From a virus: 35,343 bases of DNA. Positions 1 through 7,968 of the stretch are shown here, in pieces (within the stretch, counting starts at the first letter, position 1; each line of letters starts with the position of its first letter). The stretch lies in IMG/VR virus record IMGVR_UViG_3300045988_157753. One strand, given 5' to 3'. Made by a program: the position numbers and the translations under genes. The notes under the pieces are model-generated. The model was given only the letters and a program-made list of their open reading frames with translations, made no database searches and had not been told where the DNA came from.

Positions 1-99
1 TTGACAACAAAATGGCAACGGAAGCTTGCAAGAAGTGAGTATTTAGGCCGCGTATACAGGTTTTTTCAACGGGTTCGACTCCCGTACCCTGCTCCAAAA
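1..99 (+). repeat. Terminal direct repeat, identical to 35245-35343 (circular closure / assembly overlap or terminal redundancy)
   Basis: Read directly: same 99 nt at both ends, covering the last 38 nt of the integrase ORF, a spacer and a tRNA-like 3' end. Confidence 0.95.
69..96 (+). other. tRNA-like 3' fragment (T-stem ACGGG/CCCGT, T-loop TTCGACT, 3' acceptor strand ACCCTGC, discriminator T, CCA): probable attP core
   Basis: GGTTCGACTCC T-loop consensus plus CCA end directly downstream of int; no matching 5' acceptor strand (GCAGGGT) upstream, so only the 3' part of a tRNA. Second copy at 35313-35340. Confidence 0.7.
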
Positions 100-103
100 C
101 CAG

Positions 104-140
104 AAACCGCCTGATTTCAACGATCAGGCGGTTTTATCTT
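104..140 (+). terminator. Rho-independent terminator following the tRNA-like fragment
   Basis: 12-bp stem AAACCGCCTGAT/ATCAGGCGGTTT (104-115 / 123-134), 7-nt loop, then TTTTATCTTT. Confidence 0.8.
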
Positions 141-184
141 TATTCACAAGGGCTTGCGGCTCGCCGTGCGTCCGAGCCAGTGCA

Positions 185-212
185 AAAGCCGTCCAGCCTT
201 GCGGACGGCTTT
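185..212 (-). terminator. Terminator for the 255-599 gene
   Basis: 10-bp stem AAAGCCGTCC/GGACGGCTTT, followed on the minus strand by TTTTGC; about 40 nt after the stop codon. Confidence 0.65.
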
Positions 213-254
213 GCGCTTGATAAAAACAGCTTTTGGCAATGAAATGACAACGGG

Positions 255-599
255 CTATCCCCACGGCCGCTGATATGTTCCGGCTGCCTGTGCCAGCAGG
301 AGGCGGAGGTAGTCGGGGCAGCTACGCACACCGCGCTCCCAGTCCTCCAGCGTGCGGGTGGGGATACAGTACCGGGTGGCAAAGGCCGCCTGGGATAGGC
401 CGGTGTGCTGCCGGATGTCGCGGATCGTCAGGTGGGCGGCGTCCCAGAGACGCGCCAGCAGGTCGATGCGGTCTGCTGGGATGTCTGCGTCCGGCGTATC
501 GCCCCAGATGGAGGACAGTGACCAGTCGGAGACGAAAGCGTCTCGGTCGGCGGAGGTGAGTGCTGCGGCGAATAGGGCGCAAAACAGTTTGTCTGTCAT
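255..599 (-). CDS. HTH DNA-binding protein (XRE/MqsA-like C-terminal HTH), last gene before attP
   Basis: C-terminal RDIRQHTGLSQAAFATRYCIPTRTLEDWERGVRSCPDYLRLLL resembles antitoxin/XRE-type HTH; ATG preceded by AAAGGA. Confidence 0.7.
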   Translation of the reverse strand: MTDKLFCALFAAALTSADRDAFVSDWSLSSIWGDTPDADIPADRIDLLARLWDAAHLTIRDIRQHTGLSQAAFATRYCIPTRTLEDWERGVRSCPDYLRLLLAQAAGTYQRPWG

Positions 600-620
600 G
601 TTAATATCCTTTCATAGCAA

Positions 621-662
621 AAATTGTAAAAAAGGAAAAGCACCGGTTTCCGGTGCTTTTCC
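621..662 (-). terminator. Strong intrinsic terminator between the 792-1121 and 255-599 genes
   Basis: 13-bp stem GGAAAAGCACCGG/CCGGTGCTTTTCC (634-662), 3-nt loop, then on the minus strand TTTTTTACAATTTTT. Confidence 0.8.
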
Positions 663-750
663 TGCGTTTGAAGGGTTTGTCCTTCTCACCATTTCAATCC
701 ACGGCGGCGGGATCGCGCCGCACCAGATGCAAGCGCCTCTTGCATCCGAC
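621..750 (-). ncRNA. Candidate structured leader / small RNA (about 130 nt) between an internal promoter and the terminator
   Basis: Promoter 757-785, hairpin 726-746 (8-bp stem), GC hairpin GCGGCG/CGCCGC, then terminator 621-662, all upstream of the HTH gene RBS. Confidence 0.35.
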
Positions 751-756
751 AAAAAT

Positions 757-785
757 AGTTTATCACGCTGCGCAGGAAATGTCAA
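757..785 (-). promoter_or_regulatory. Sigma70-type promoter: -35 TTGACA (785-780), 17-nt spacer, -10 TAAACT (762-757)
   Basis: Read on minus strand: TTGACAtttcctgcgcagcgtgaTAAACT, immediately after the stop codon at 792. Confidence 0.55.
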
Positions 786-791
786 GCACCA

Positions 792-1121
792 TCATGACCA
801 TGCTCCGCCCGCCAGATATGCGGCGTTCTCGCGCTCGGTCCGCTCGTCCTCTGCCAGGGCATTGTCGATCATGTCCGCGATCTGCTGCTGGGTCTTGTAT
901 CGTACCGCAATACCAACCTTCGTGACGTCAGCGTCGTGGTAGACCGCCCATTCCTCGCGATCCCAGTGGTACTTGCACCAGACATCGCCGGTAGACTTGT
1001 CGTAAAAAATCTCCACATACTCCCCCGTGCGGGAGCCGAGGCCCTTGGTGGAGTTGGAGGCGTTGGCCAATGTCTCCTTGTTGATGTTCCGTCCGTGGGT
1101 GTTGATCTCCATGTTTTTCAT
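792..1121 (-). CDS. Hypothetical protein (moron cassette)
   Basis: 109-aa ORF, ATG preceded by GAGGGAGGAG; no recognisable motif. Confidence 0.65.
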   Translation of the reverse strand: MKNMEINTHGRNINKETLANASNSTKGLGSRTGEYVEIFYDKSTGDVWCKYHWDREEWAVYHDADVTKVGIAVRYKTQQQIADMIDNALAEDERTERENAAYLAGGAWS

Positions 1122-1134
1122 GACAACTCCTCCC

Positions 1135-1671
1135 TCAGTCCCAAAGGTGGGATTCGCAGTGTGTCGCCCAGTCGCTGTTCATGGCGGCGATGGCCTGTTC
1201 GTAGTTTTCGCCGTTGATGATGGCGTCCAGCGCCTTCTTGCCAGCTGCGGATTTTGCGTCGTTTTCGGACGCCGCGAACTCCTGCGCGTCCAAATACGCC
1301 TTGGCGCAGGGGTACTGGGCGTACATGGCATCCATGTCATACTTCGGCTTGGGACGGACACCCACGCCGCCGCCGTTCTCGCTGTCAAAACTGGCGTCAA
1401 ATTCCAGTTTCCAATTTACCAAATCGGCACGGGCGGCTTCGATTTCCCGCAGTCCGGGGATGGCGGCGATTTTCTTCTGTCGCTCCTGCTCTGCGCGGAC
1501 ACCGGCTTCGCGCCGCTCCAGCAGCATGGACACGATCTCCGGCTTTGCGGCTTTGATAGCGGCAAGAGCCGCTTTGTCGGCGCGGTACACAACCAGATTT
1601 CCGGTGGGCTGGCCGTGTTCGTCGATTTTCAGGGAAATCCTGTACCGCAAAATCAGTTCCTGTGCGTTCAT
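1135..1671 (-). CDS. Hypothetical protein (moron cassette)
   Basis: ORF track starts at 1701, but the ATG at 1671 is preceded by AAGGAGG plus 8 nt; coiled-coil-like middle (ERREAGVRAEQERQKK). Confidence 0.65.
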   Translation of the reverse strand: MNAQELILRYRISLKIDEHGQPTGNLVVYRADKAALAAIKAAKPEIVSMLLERREAGVRAEQERQKKIAAIPGLREIEAARADLVNWKLEFDASFDSENGGGVGVRPKPKYDMDAMYAQYPCAKAYLDAQEFAASENDAKSAAGKKALDAIINGENYEQAIAAMNSDWATHCESHLWD

Positions 1672-1746
1672 GTTATGTTCCTCCTTTTCAAAATTTTTCA
1701 TGGGGTGGGGCTGATGCGCTCAACCCCGCCAGAAGCGGTACTGCTA

Positions 1747-1953
1747 TCAGGCGATCAGCTCTGCGGCCGTAGCGGCCACGCGATCCTCGGCGGCGCGGAT
1801 GCTGTCCGCCTTGCTGTAGGTGCGGGCCACAGGGTCGTCCCGGTAATCGTGGGCGGCGAAGGCGTCCGCCGCAGCCTTGCTGTCAAACCACGCCTCCCGG
1901 CAGAAGCTGGATCCCCATACTGCGTAGGTGACGGAATAAAAAGTCTTTTTCAT
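1747..1953 (-). CDS. Hypothetical small protein (moron cassette, first gene)
   Basis: 68-aa ORF, ATG preceded by GAAGGGG, directly downstream of promoter 2004-2032. Confidence 0.6.
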   Translation of the reverse strand: MKKTFYSVTYAVWGSSFCREAWFDSKAAADAFAAHDYRDDPVARTYSKADSIRAAEDRVAATAAELIA

Positions 1954-2003
1954 AATGTTTCCCCTTCTGCCGCTGTGCGGCTACCCTTTCTTGATCTGTC
2001 TAT

Positions 2004-2032
2004 ATATTACCACGCAATGCGTGGTATGTCAA
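2004..2032 (-). promoter_or_regulatory. Near-consensus promoter with operator palindrome in the spacer: -35 TTGACA (2032-2027), 17 nt, TGg-TAATAT (-10 at 2009-2004)
   Basis: Minus strand reads TTGACAtaccacgcattgcgtggTAATAT; spacer holds the 17-bp palindrome ACCACGCA-A-TGCGTGGT (2009-2025). Confidence 0.65.
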
Positions 2033-2052
2033 GAGAAAATCGTAATTTTTAG

Positions 2053-2093
2053 CAAAAAATATCCCGCACCGTTTCGGTACGGGATATCTTTTT
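2053..2093 (-). terminator. Terminator at the end of the late/lysis operon (hairpin flanked by A and T runs)
   Basis: ATATCCCGCACCG-TTT-CGGTACGGGATAT (2059-2087, one mismatch), A6 before and T5 after on plus, so T-run on both strands. Confidence 0.75.
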
Positions 2094-2097
2094 CACG

Positions 2098-2898
2098 TTA
2101 CTCCCCCAGCAGCTTGCCCCAGGTGCCGCGGCCTGCGATGCCGTCCGCGCCAAGGCCGTACTTGGTCTGGAACTTCTTCAGCGCCGTCTCCGTGCCGCTG
2201 CCGAAGTCGCCGTCCGCACCGGCCGCGCCGCAGGAGAACCCGTAGGCGATCAGCGCCGCTTGCAGGGTCTTCACGTCCGCGCCCTTCATGCCGCGCTTGA
2301 GCATCCGTACCTGCATGGGCAGCGTCGTGTCCTTCTCCGCAGGCACCGGCACCGGCGCGTTGGCGCTCTCCACAAAGGGCACGCCCAGCGCCGCGCACAG
2401 GCCCTTGGCGATGGTCTCGCCGATCAGGGTGGTGTTGTCAATGATCCACTGTGCAACACTGGGAACATCGTGGAAGTCCACCTCGATATACACCGTCGTA
2501 GCGGCAGGGTGCTTCACCTCGTACAGTGCGGGATACGCCCGGATGACATCCGGCGCACCCGGCGTCACAGGCCCCAGCACATTCAGCACCGCCTGACACG
2601 CCTTGTACCCGGCGCTGTTCCGGTCACCGCTGTAACAGAACAGGTGCGTACCGCTGGCCTTGCCGTTGCAGGCATTGGAATGAATAGGGACGTGCAGGTC
2701 AGCCTTGAAGCGGTTGGACGCCGCCACACGGTTCTGCATGGTGTCGTACTGCCCCAGCATCACTTCCACGCCGGAGCGCTCCAGAGCAGTCTTACAAGCC
2801 CATGCAATACGCCCGCACTGGATGGCCTCGGTGGTGTCGCCCACCGCGTAGGTGTTCCGACGCTGGTCGCTGGGGGACAGATACACCCGCTTAGGCAT
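2098..2898 (-). CDS. Endolysin: N-acetylmuramoyl-L-alanine amidase (Amidase_3-like) with C-terminal PG_binding_1 domain
   Basis: N-terminal YLSPSDQ...HVPIHSNA amidase motifs; C-terminal GMKGADVKTLQAALIAYGF...DGDFGSGTETALKKFQ...GLGADGIAG peptidoglycan-binding repeat. Confidence 0.9.
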   Translation of the reverse strand: MPKRVYLSPSDQRRNTYAVGDTTEAIQCGRIAWACKTALERSGVEVMLGQYDTMQNRVAASNRFKADLHVPIHSNACNGKASGTHLFCYSGDRNSAGYKACQAVLNVLGPVTPGAPDVIRAYPALYEVKHPAATTVYIEVDFHDVPSVAQWIIDNTTLIGETIAKGLCAALGVPFVESANAPVPVPAEKDTTLPMQVRMLKRGMKGADVKTLQAALIAYGFSCGAAGADGDFGSGTETALKKFQTKYGLGADGIAGRGTWGKLLGE

Positions 2899-3106
2899 CG
2901 TTCTTCGCCTCCTTGTGGTACTGCGCCGTGCTGATGCACAGCACCGCGCCGAGGAACGTGTCCACGGCGGTGATGGTGGTCACCACCTCGTCGGCGTAGG
3001 GCCACGCCCACACCGCCGCCAGCGCCGCGTACAGCGTAGCCACGGCGGGCATAACGATGATGACCAGCCATTTCATAATGTCGTATACCTTGTTGTTCAG
3101 CTTCAT
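2891..3106 (-). CDS. Holin (Dp-1/phage_holin_1-like, two TM helices)
   Basis: 71 aa, YDIMKWLVIIVMPAVATLYAALAAVWAWPYADEVVTTITAVDTFLGAVL; immediately upstream of the endolysin, overlapping it. Confidence 0.8.
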   Translation of the reverse strand: MKLNNKVYDIMKWLVIIVMPAVATLYAALAAVWAWPYADEVVTTITAVDTFLGAVLCISTAQYHKEAKNDA

Positions 3107-3151
3107 AACAAATTCCTTTCCGGCGCGTCTGCGCCTGTTCCATTTTATGCC

Positions 3152-3481
3152 CTATCGTATGGGCAGCTTCCGCACTTCCTCCATGACGCGCCGTGCGCTG
3201 CCGTTGCCGCCCATCTCCTCATACGGCTCGTAGAGGTACACCTGCAAATTCTCATACTCGTCCTGTGTGATGCAGCCCCGCTCGATGTACACCATGCCGA
3301 GGTGAATGATGCGGTCGTGGGCCAGTCCCACCAGCATCTTCCGCTGCGCCTCGTCCGCCTTGCTGCGCTTGGCCGTCAGCTCCATCCGCTTGAGGATTAC
3401 CTTACTCACCACGCCCCACAGGGCGGTGGAGGTCAGCAGCGCCACGATCAGCGGCACGCCGACATTCGTCCATGCTTCCAT
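3152..3481 (-). CDS. Membrane-anchored lysis-cassette protein (holin-like, single N-terminal TM)
   Basis: 109 aa, N-terminal VGVPLIVALLTSTALWGVV TM then charged tail; AGGAGGTG RBS; lies between fibre and holin. Confidence 0.6.
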   Translation of the reverse strand: MEAWTNVGVPLIVALLTSTALWGVVSKVILKRMELTAKRSKADEAQRKMLVGLAHDRIIHLGMVYIERGCITQDEYENLQVYLYEPYEEMGGNGSARRVMEEVRKLPIR

Positions 3482-3492
3482 CCGGTCACCTC

Positions 3493-4692
3493 CTACAAGT
3501 CAGCGGTGGCCGTATAACTACAATAAGCAATGGCGTCATTCTCATCGCCACCCGAAAGCGTTACTGCCGGAAAAGCATCCTGGCGTGTATCAAATGTATT
3601 GATTTCGTGCATTTCCGTGCCGGTCTCAAAAGACCTAAAACCTGTATATACAACAGATGGCGTTGTTCTCATAGGCGGCTGAATGGCCGCAACGGGGACA
3701 AACATTCGAGAGCCAGCTAATTGCTTGGACTGCACAAAGCGTAATGTCCCGACGCGGTAGTACCGCTGACACCTCTGCAGCTGCTCCCCATAATCGGGGA
3801 TCTCGTTGAGCACCCACGCGCCGTTGGCGTCCTGATGGGCGAGGGTCTGCACGCTGCCCAGCTCCAGCTTCACGGCTTTAACAGTCATGTCTGTGTTGCC
3901 ACTCCCCCCTAAACTGGCGTGTTGCCCCCATGCAAGCATCACAGAATCGCCAGCATCATCCGGGATTACCATTGTAAACGTGTGCAGCCCCACACTTTCA
4001 ATAATGCACGATCCTATTGGGGTGCCATCGCTCTTACATAAGAACAAACGAGGGGATGCACCATTCGCACCCAACGCTGTAACCAAGATTGATGCAGTGA
4101 CTACTGCCCCCGCTGCAAAAGATAGCAGTTGTGTGTATTCTTGCAGTTGTGCAGAGTTTGCAGAATTGGAAGTCCCAATAAGGCGTACTCCATCCGCCTC
4201 AACGCTCATCGTAATAGAATTAGCGTTCCAGACAGCCAATTCCCAGCGATCAATCGTATACCCGATTCCCGTATAGCCGCGGACTACGTCGGAAGCTTTG
4301 ACATAATAAGTACCTCCGTCTACACTATAAGTGTAGTTTCCAGTGCTTACCGGCGTAACCTGTCTATATGCATCAATTGTTCCACCAGATATCAGTGATG
4401 TGCACGCTGCATCGCTATACAGGTGGCCTGCACCCTTCGGAGGAGCAACATGGCCATTCCTCTGATTGACCGGATTCGGGAAATACCAGTTGTCCAGCAG
4501 GTTGGGGCTGCACGGAAACGCCTTGGTGTCGATGACGTTCCCGGTGATGGAGATGTTCTGCCCGGCGGTCAGCTTGGGCTGCAAACCCCCGATCCCCGCC
4601 AGCAGTTCGCAGAAATCGTCATAGGTGCCAGTGTATCCGCCCCGCTTGGCGTCCGCATAGGCGCTGACAATGCCGAGATTCAAGCTACTCAT
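3493..4692 (-). CDS. Tail fibre / receptor-binding protein
   Basis: ATG at 4692 in ATGA overlap with the upstream gene; last structural gene before lysis; C-terminal two thirds visibly AT-richer. Confidence 0.7.
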   Translation of the reverse strand: MSSLNLGIVSAYADAKRGGYTGTYDDFCELLAGIGGLQPKLTAGQNISITGNVIDTKAFPCSPNLLDNWYFPNPVNQRNGHVAPPKGAGHLYSDAACTSLISGGTIDAYRQVTPVSTGNYTYSVDGGTYYVKASDVVRGYTGIGYTIDRWELAVWNANSITMSVEADGVRLIGTSNSANSAQLQEYTQLLSFAAGAVVTASILVTALGANGASPRLFLCKSDGTPIGSCIIESVGLHTFTMVIPDDAGDSVMLAWGQHASLGGSGNTDMTVKAVKLELGSVQTLAHQDANGAWVLNEIPDYGEQLQRCQRYYRVGTLRFVQSKQLAGSRMFVPVAAIQPPMRTTPSVVYTGFRSFETGTEMHEINTFDTRQDAFPAVTLSGGDENDAIAYCSYTATADL

Positions 4693-5876
4693 ACTATCAC
4701 TCCTTCCACGTTTTCGTTCGTTAGGTAGGTGCCGAAGAGCATGCTCGCTCCAGCCGGAAAGACGTCTTGGTTGCAATTGATCTGCGCGCTTTCCGCGTTA
4801 ACGAAGAAGACATTGTTGCCCAACGTCGAGGCGAACCACGCCCGCGTGTTGGCGATGCGGGGCAGTGTTGCTATCCAGCCGTAGTTTACCGGAATAGCCT
4901 CGCTCGCAACTATCTGAAGTACGACCTGGACTAAGCGCCCCCATCTCGAGGCCTGCGCTACCTGTATCGTCATCTTCTCCGGATACCGGACTGATATTCC
5001 GCTGCTCTCATCATAGATCTCGCCTACGCCCGCAGAGACCGATGCCGCTTCCCACTTGATGGGGCGCCCGTCAGAATCTACCTCCTTCACCCGAGCAACC
5101 TGTCCGACAGACGCGCCGGTGATGTTAAGCGTGGTGTCACCGTCCGCGCCCTTGACCACGCCGATGTCCACGCTCACGTCGGGGGACAGCTTGTAGATCA
5201 GGTGTCCGGCAGCGTCGATGCTGAAATCAGGCGGCGTGTCGCCGGTGTAGTACAACCGCAGTTGGCCGGTGTCAGGATCGACGTCAAAGCCAAACAGGCC
5301 GTCTGCTACGATGGTAGAGCCGTCTTTGCCCGGAGGGCCTTCCGGACCGACCGCAGACACGCCGGTGTCCTTAAACGTATCCGTGGCGGTGTCCCACGCG
5401 TACCAGTGATTGTTCTCGCCGATATAGGGTGCGTTGATGATGCCCTTGTAGTAGTCGCTGGAGATGATCTGCGCATCTGTGTAGGTGTCGGGCTGCACCG
5501 CGATGCGGAAGGCAAAGGTCGCCAGTCTCATCGCGGCAGTGCTGCCCGCTCCCACAAATACATCCACCTGCGCCAGGACAACGCCCGCCACGGCCAGAAC
5601 CTGCGCGGCGACCGGGATTTCTACGTCGCTGCCGCTCCAGGTGATCTTGTCACCGGCCTCGCTCTCGGCGTATAGGCCGCCGGTGCCGTCCGGTTTCCGG
5701 AAACGGAGCATCACCGAGGCCCCGGTGGGGACATTGTACGGCACCGCGCCGGCCCAGAGCGCCGCAGAGATGGTCCGGGAATTGGTGTCGCCCTGTACCA
5801 TGTGCAGAGTAGGCGGCACGCCATTCAGGGCCGTGTTAAGCTGTATGGGCTGCTTGATCGCCAAACTATCTGCCAT
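4689..5876 (-). CDS. Baseplate upper protein-like (BppU N-terminal Ig-like domain) with short collagen-like stretch
   Basis: MVQGDTNSRTISAALW...VMLRFRKPDGTG matches the BppU_N pattern; GPEGPPGKDG; start ATG 5876 preceded by GGAGGTG. Confidence 0.7.
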   Translation of the reverse strand: MADSLAIKQPIQLNTALNGVPPTLHMVQGDTNSRTISAALWAGAVPYNVPTGASVMLRFRKPDGTGGLYAESEAGDKITWSGSDVEIPVAAQVLAVAGVVLAQVDVFVGAGSTAAMRLATFAFRIAVQPDTYTDAQIISSDYYKGIINAPYIGENNHWYAWDTATDTFKDTGVSAVGPEGPPGKDGSTIVADGLFGFDVDPDTGQLRLYYTGDTPPDFSIDAAGHLIYKLSPDVSVDIGVVKGADGDTTLNITGASVGQVARVKEVDSDGRPIKWEAASVSAGVGEIYDESSGISVRYPEKMTIQVAQASRWGRLVQVVLQIVASEAIPVNYGWIATLPRIANTRAWFASTLGNNVFFVNAESAQINCNQDVFPAGASMLFGTYLTNENVEGVIV

Positions 5877-5889
5877 AAAAGCACCTCCG

Positions 5890-7968
5890 TCAGAAGTTGT
5901 TGATGGCCACAACGGAATCTACGGTTCCGCTGCCGCCGGTTTTTGTCGCACCGCCAGACCCATCAAAGGAGAAGGCGCAGTACCAGTCGTTGGATGCGCA
6001 CTGGAAGCTCCCGGACTGCCCCACAGGAATAAAGCAGCTGGCCTTGTTGCTGCTCCCTCCGGTGCAGTAGACCGCATAGCCGATGACCTCCGACTCCGGG
6101 AATGTGATAACCTTGCCACCCTGCTTATAGCTGCCTGCGTCCACGGAGCCACCCACCGAGAGATCCTTGGAGATGTCTCCGTACTGCGCACCGATGGTGT
6201 TGGCGGACGCCCGGCCGAAGCCCACGGAGAAAACGACGTTCTCCGTGTCTGCTCCCGTCTGGTTGTTGTGGTACACACGGTAGATCTTCAGCAGATTGTT
6301 GCCGTCGGCAGGATCAATGCGCAAGCGCCACCGCGTGGTAAAGTTCACCGTCCGCGTTCCGTTGATGATCTGCTGGATCTGCACAGTGTCGGTGATACTG
6401 ATGGTGCCGTCACCGTTGACGTCCAGCTTCTCATAGTCGGCCAGCGTCGGCGTGACGGCCTTAATGTTGATCTGGTTGATCCGGTCCAGATCCGCCTGCG
6501 AGTAGTCAGAATTCTTGTAGGTCGCGCCGGTGGCGCTGGTGTCGATAGTCCCGCCGTCCAGATTGATCAGGAAATTGCCCTGCTCGCTGGCGATGGTGCC
6601 GGCAATCAGATGCGCGGCCGTGATCATCCACGCCTGAATGCCGCCGGCGATGGTAGCGCCCATTGTATAGGGGCCGTTGTAGCCGGTGCTGCTGGCCGCC
6701 CAGCCTTCGTAGTTAAATCGCCACACCTTATTGGCCTTGGTGGGATCCGGGTCGTCGGCAATGTACAGCTCATCCGGCTCGCCATCGCCGTTCGTGTCGA
6801 GCAGACGGACAGAACCGCCATTCGCCCCCAGAAGCGCGCCCGCCAGGCTGGAGGAGATCTGCTCCACCAGGGAGACAGACGGCTTGGCGTCGATCTCCTT
6901 CTGCTGCCCGGCGATGGTGGCCGCGATGTTGGCCTTGACGCTGCCGAGCGCTACGCTGTCATACCGCTCCAGCAGGCAGTCCCAGACGATCCGATTCACT
7001 CGCGCCTTGGCATCCACGCCCAGCCGCTGGAAGTAGACGCCCACGGTGTCGCCCAGATAAATCTGCTCCAGGAAGGCGACGTCCTCATAGCCGGAGGCCT
7101 GCGACAGCAGCGCCAGCTTCACGTCCCAGCTCACCGCCGGGACGCCGATCTGGTTCCGTTCAATGCAGGCGGCAGCCTCCGCCTGCAGCTGAGCCTGCGT
7201 GGGCTGCTGTTTGAAACTGGAAGACAGATCCAGCGGCATAAGCCGCGTGTACCCAAAGTCACCCTCTGCGTACACAGGCGCGGCCGTAACAGTAACATCG
7301 TTGCTCCGCCAGTATGGCACCACACCCGTGTAGCAGCTGGCGCAGTTGGCGTCCTGCGTCAGATCTGTCAGATTCTTCCCGTACCGGACCGATACACCGC
7401 GGTCCGCGCCTCTGCGGGTCAGCAGCTGCACCGCCCAGCCGTCAAACTCGTACTCGCCGCCGTACACATCCAGCAGGCTACCCTGCTGGCCGCCAAGCAG
7501 GCTCCACGCGCTGGTGGGGACCGTCGCGGACATGGTGGCCACGGTGGTCTTGTCGGTCGTCAGCGCAAAGGGAAAATCTGTCGGCAGCGCGTGGCTTTTG
7601 ATGGCCGCCACGGCGGAAGGTGCATCCGCCGCCGTAAACGGCGATACCACATAGCCGCCGAGATCATAGGCGATATGCCGGGCGTAGACGGCAGCTGTGC
7701 CGCTCATGCCCGGCACGATGCGGTACACCCGAAAGGGCTGCAGGCCGCCGCCAGGGCCTACTGTGGCCCGCAGAATGGAGCGCAGCGCGATCTCGCTATA
7801 GTGGATGCCCGCCACAGGGTAGTGCAGCTCCAGCTCGTACTGGCCGTTCAGCTCCTGCGTCACCTTGCAGGAAAGGGCATCCGCCAAGATGCCCATGCCG
7901 TTGTCCGCACCCGCTGGGAAGTTGGTGCGGTCGGCGTCATACAAAATCGGTCTCACAGTGTCCACCAC
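5890..7968 (-). CDS. Tail-associated protein Tal (prophage tail endopeptidase-type N-terminus) with dockerin-like Ca-binding loops
   Basis: Position after Dit; N-terminus ILYDADRTN...QELNGQYELELHYP typical of siphovirus Tal; GTG start region (7968/7965/7956 ambiguous). Confidence 0.75.
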   Translation of the reverse strand: MVDTVRPILYDADRTNFPAGADNGMGILADALSCKVTQELNGQYELELHYPVAGIHYSEIALRSILRATVGPGGGLQPFRVYRIVPGMSGTAAVYARHIAYDLGGYVVSPFTAADAPSAVAAIKSHALPTDFPFALTTDKTTVATMSATVPTSAWSLLGGQQGSLLDVYGGEYEFDGWAVQLLTRRGADRGVSVRYGKNLTDLTQDANCASCYTGVVPYWRSNDVTVTAAPVYAEGDFGYTRLMPLDLSSSFKQQPTQAQLQAEAAACIERNQIGVPAVSWDVKLALLSQASGYEDVAFLEQIYLGDTVGVYFQRLGVDAKARVNRIVWDCLLERYDSVALGSVKANIAATIAGQQKEIDAKPSVSLVEQISSSLAGALLGANGGSVRLLDTNGDGEPDELYIADDPDPTKANKVWRFNYEGWAASSTGYNGPYTMGATIAGGIQAWMITAAHLIAGTIASEQGNFLINLDGGTIDTSATGATYKNSDYSQADLDRINQINIKAVTPTLADYEKLDVNGDGTISITDTVQIQQIINGTRTVNFTTRWRLRIDPADGNNLLKIYRVYHNNQTGADTENVVFSVGFGRASANTIGAQYGDISKDLSVGGSVDAGSYKQGGKVITFPESEVIGYAVYCTGGSSNKASCFIPVGQSGSFQCASNDWYCAFSFDGSGGATKTGGSGTVDSVVAINNF

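Noticed and set aside
40-96. A complete tRNA or tmRNA gene
   Set aside because: Only the T-arm, 3' acceptor strand and CCA are present. There is no complementary 5' acceptor strand (GCAGGGT) and no D or anticodon arm upstream, so it is a 3' fragment.
1-99. Terminal repeats as attL/attR of an integrated prophage
   Set aside because: The repeat includes 38 nt of the integrase coding sequence and is exactly terminal, with no host flank. Circular closure or assembly overlap is more parsimonious. This cannot be fully excluded without the flanking context.
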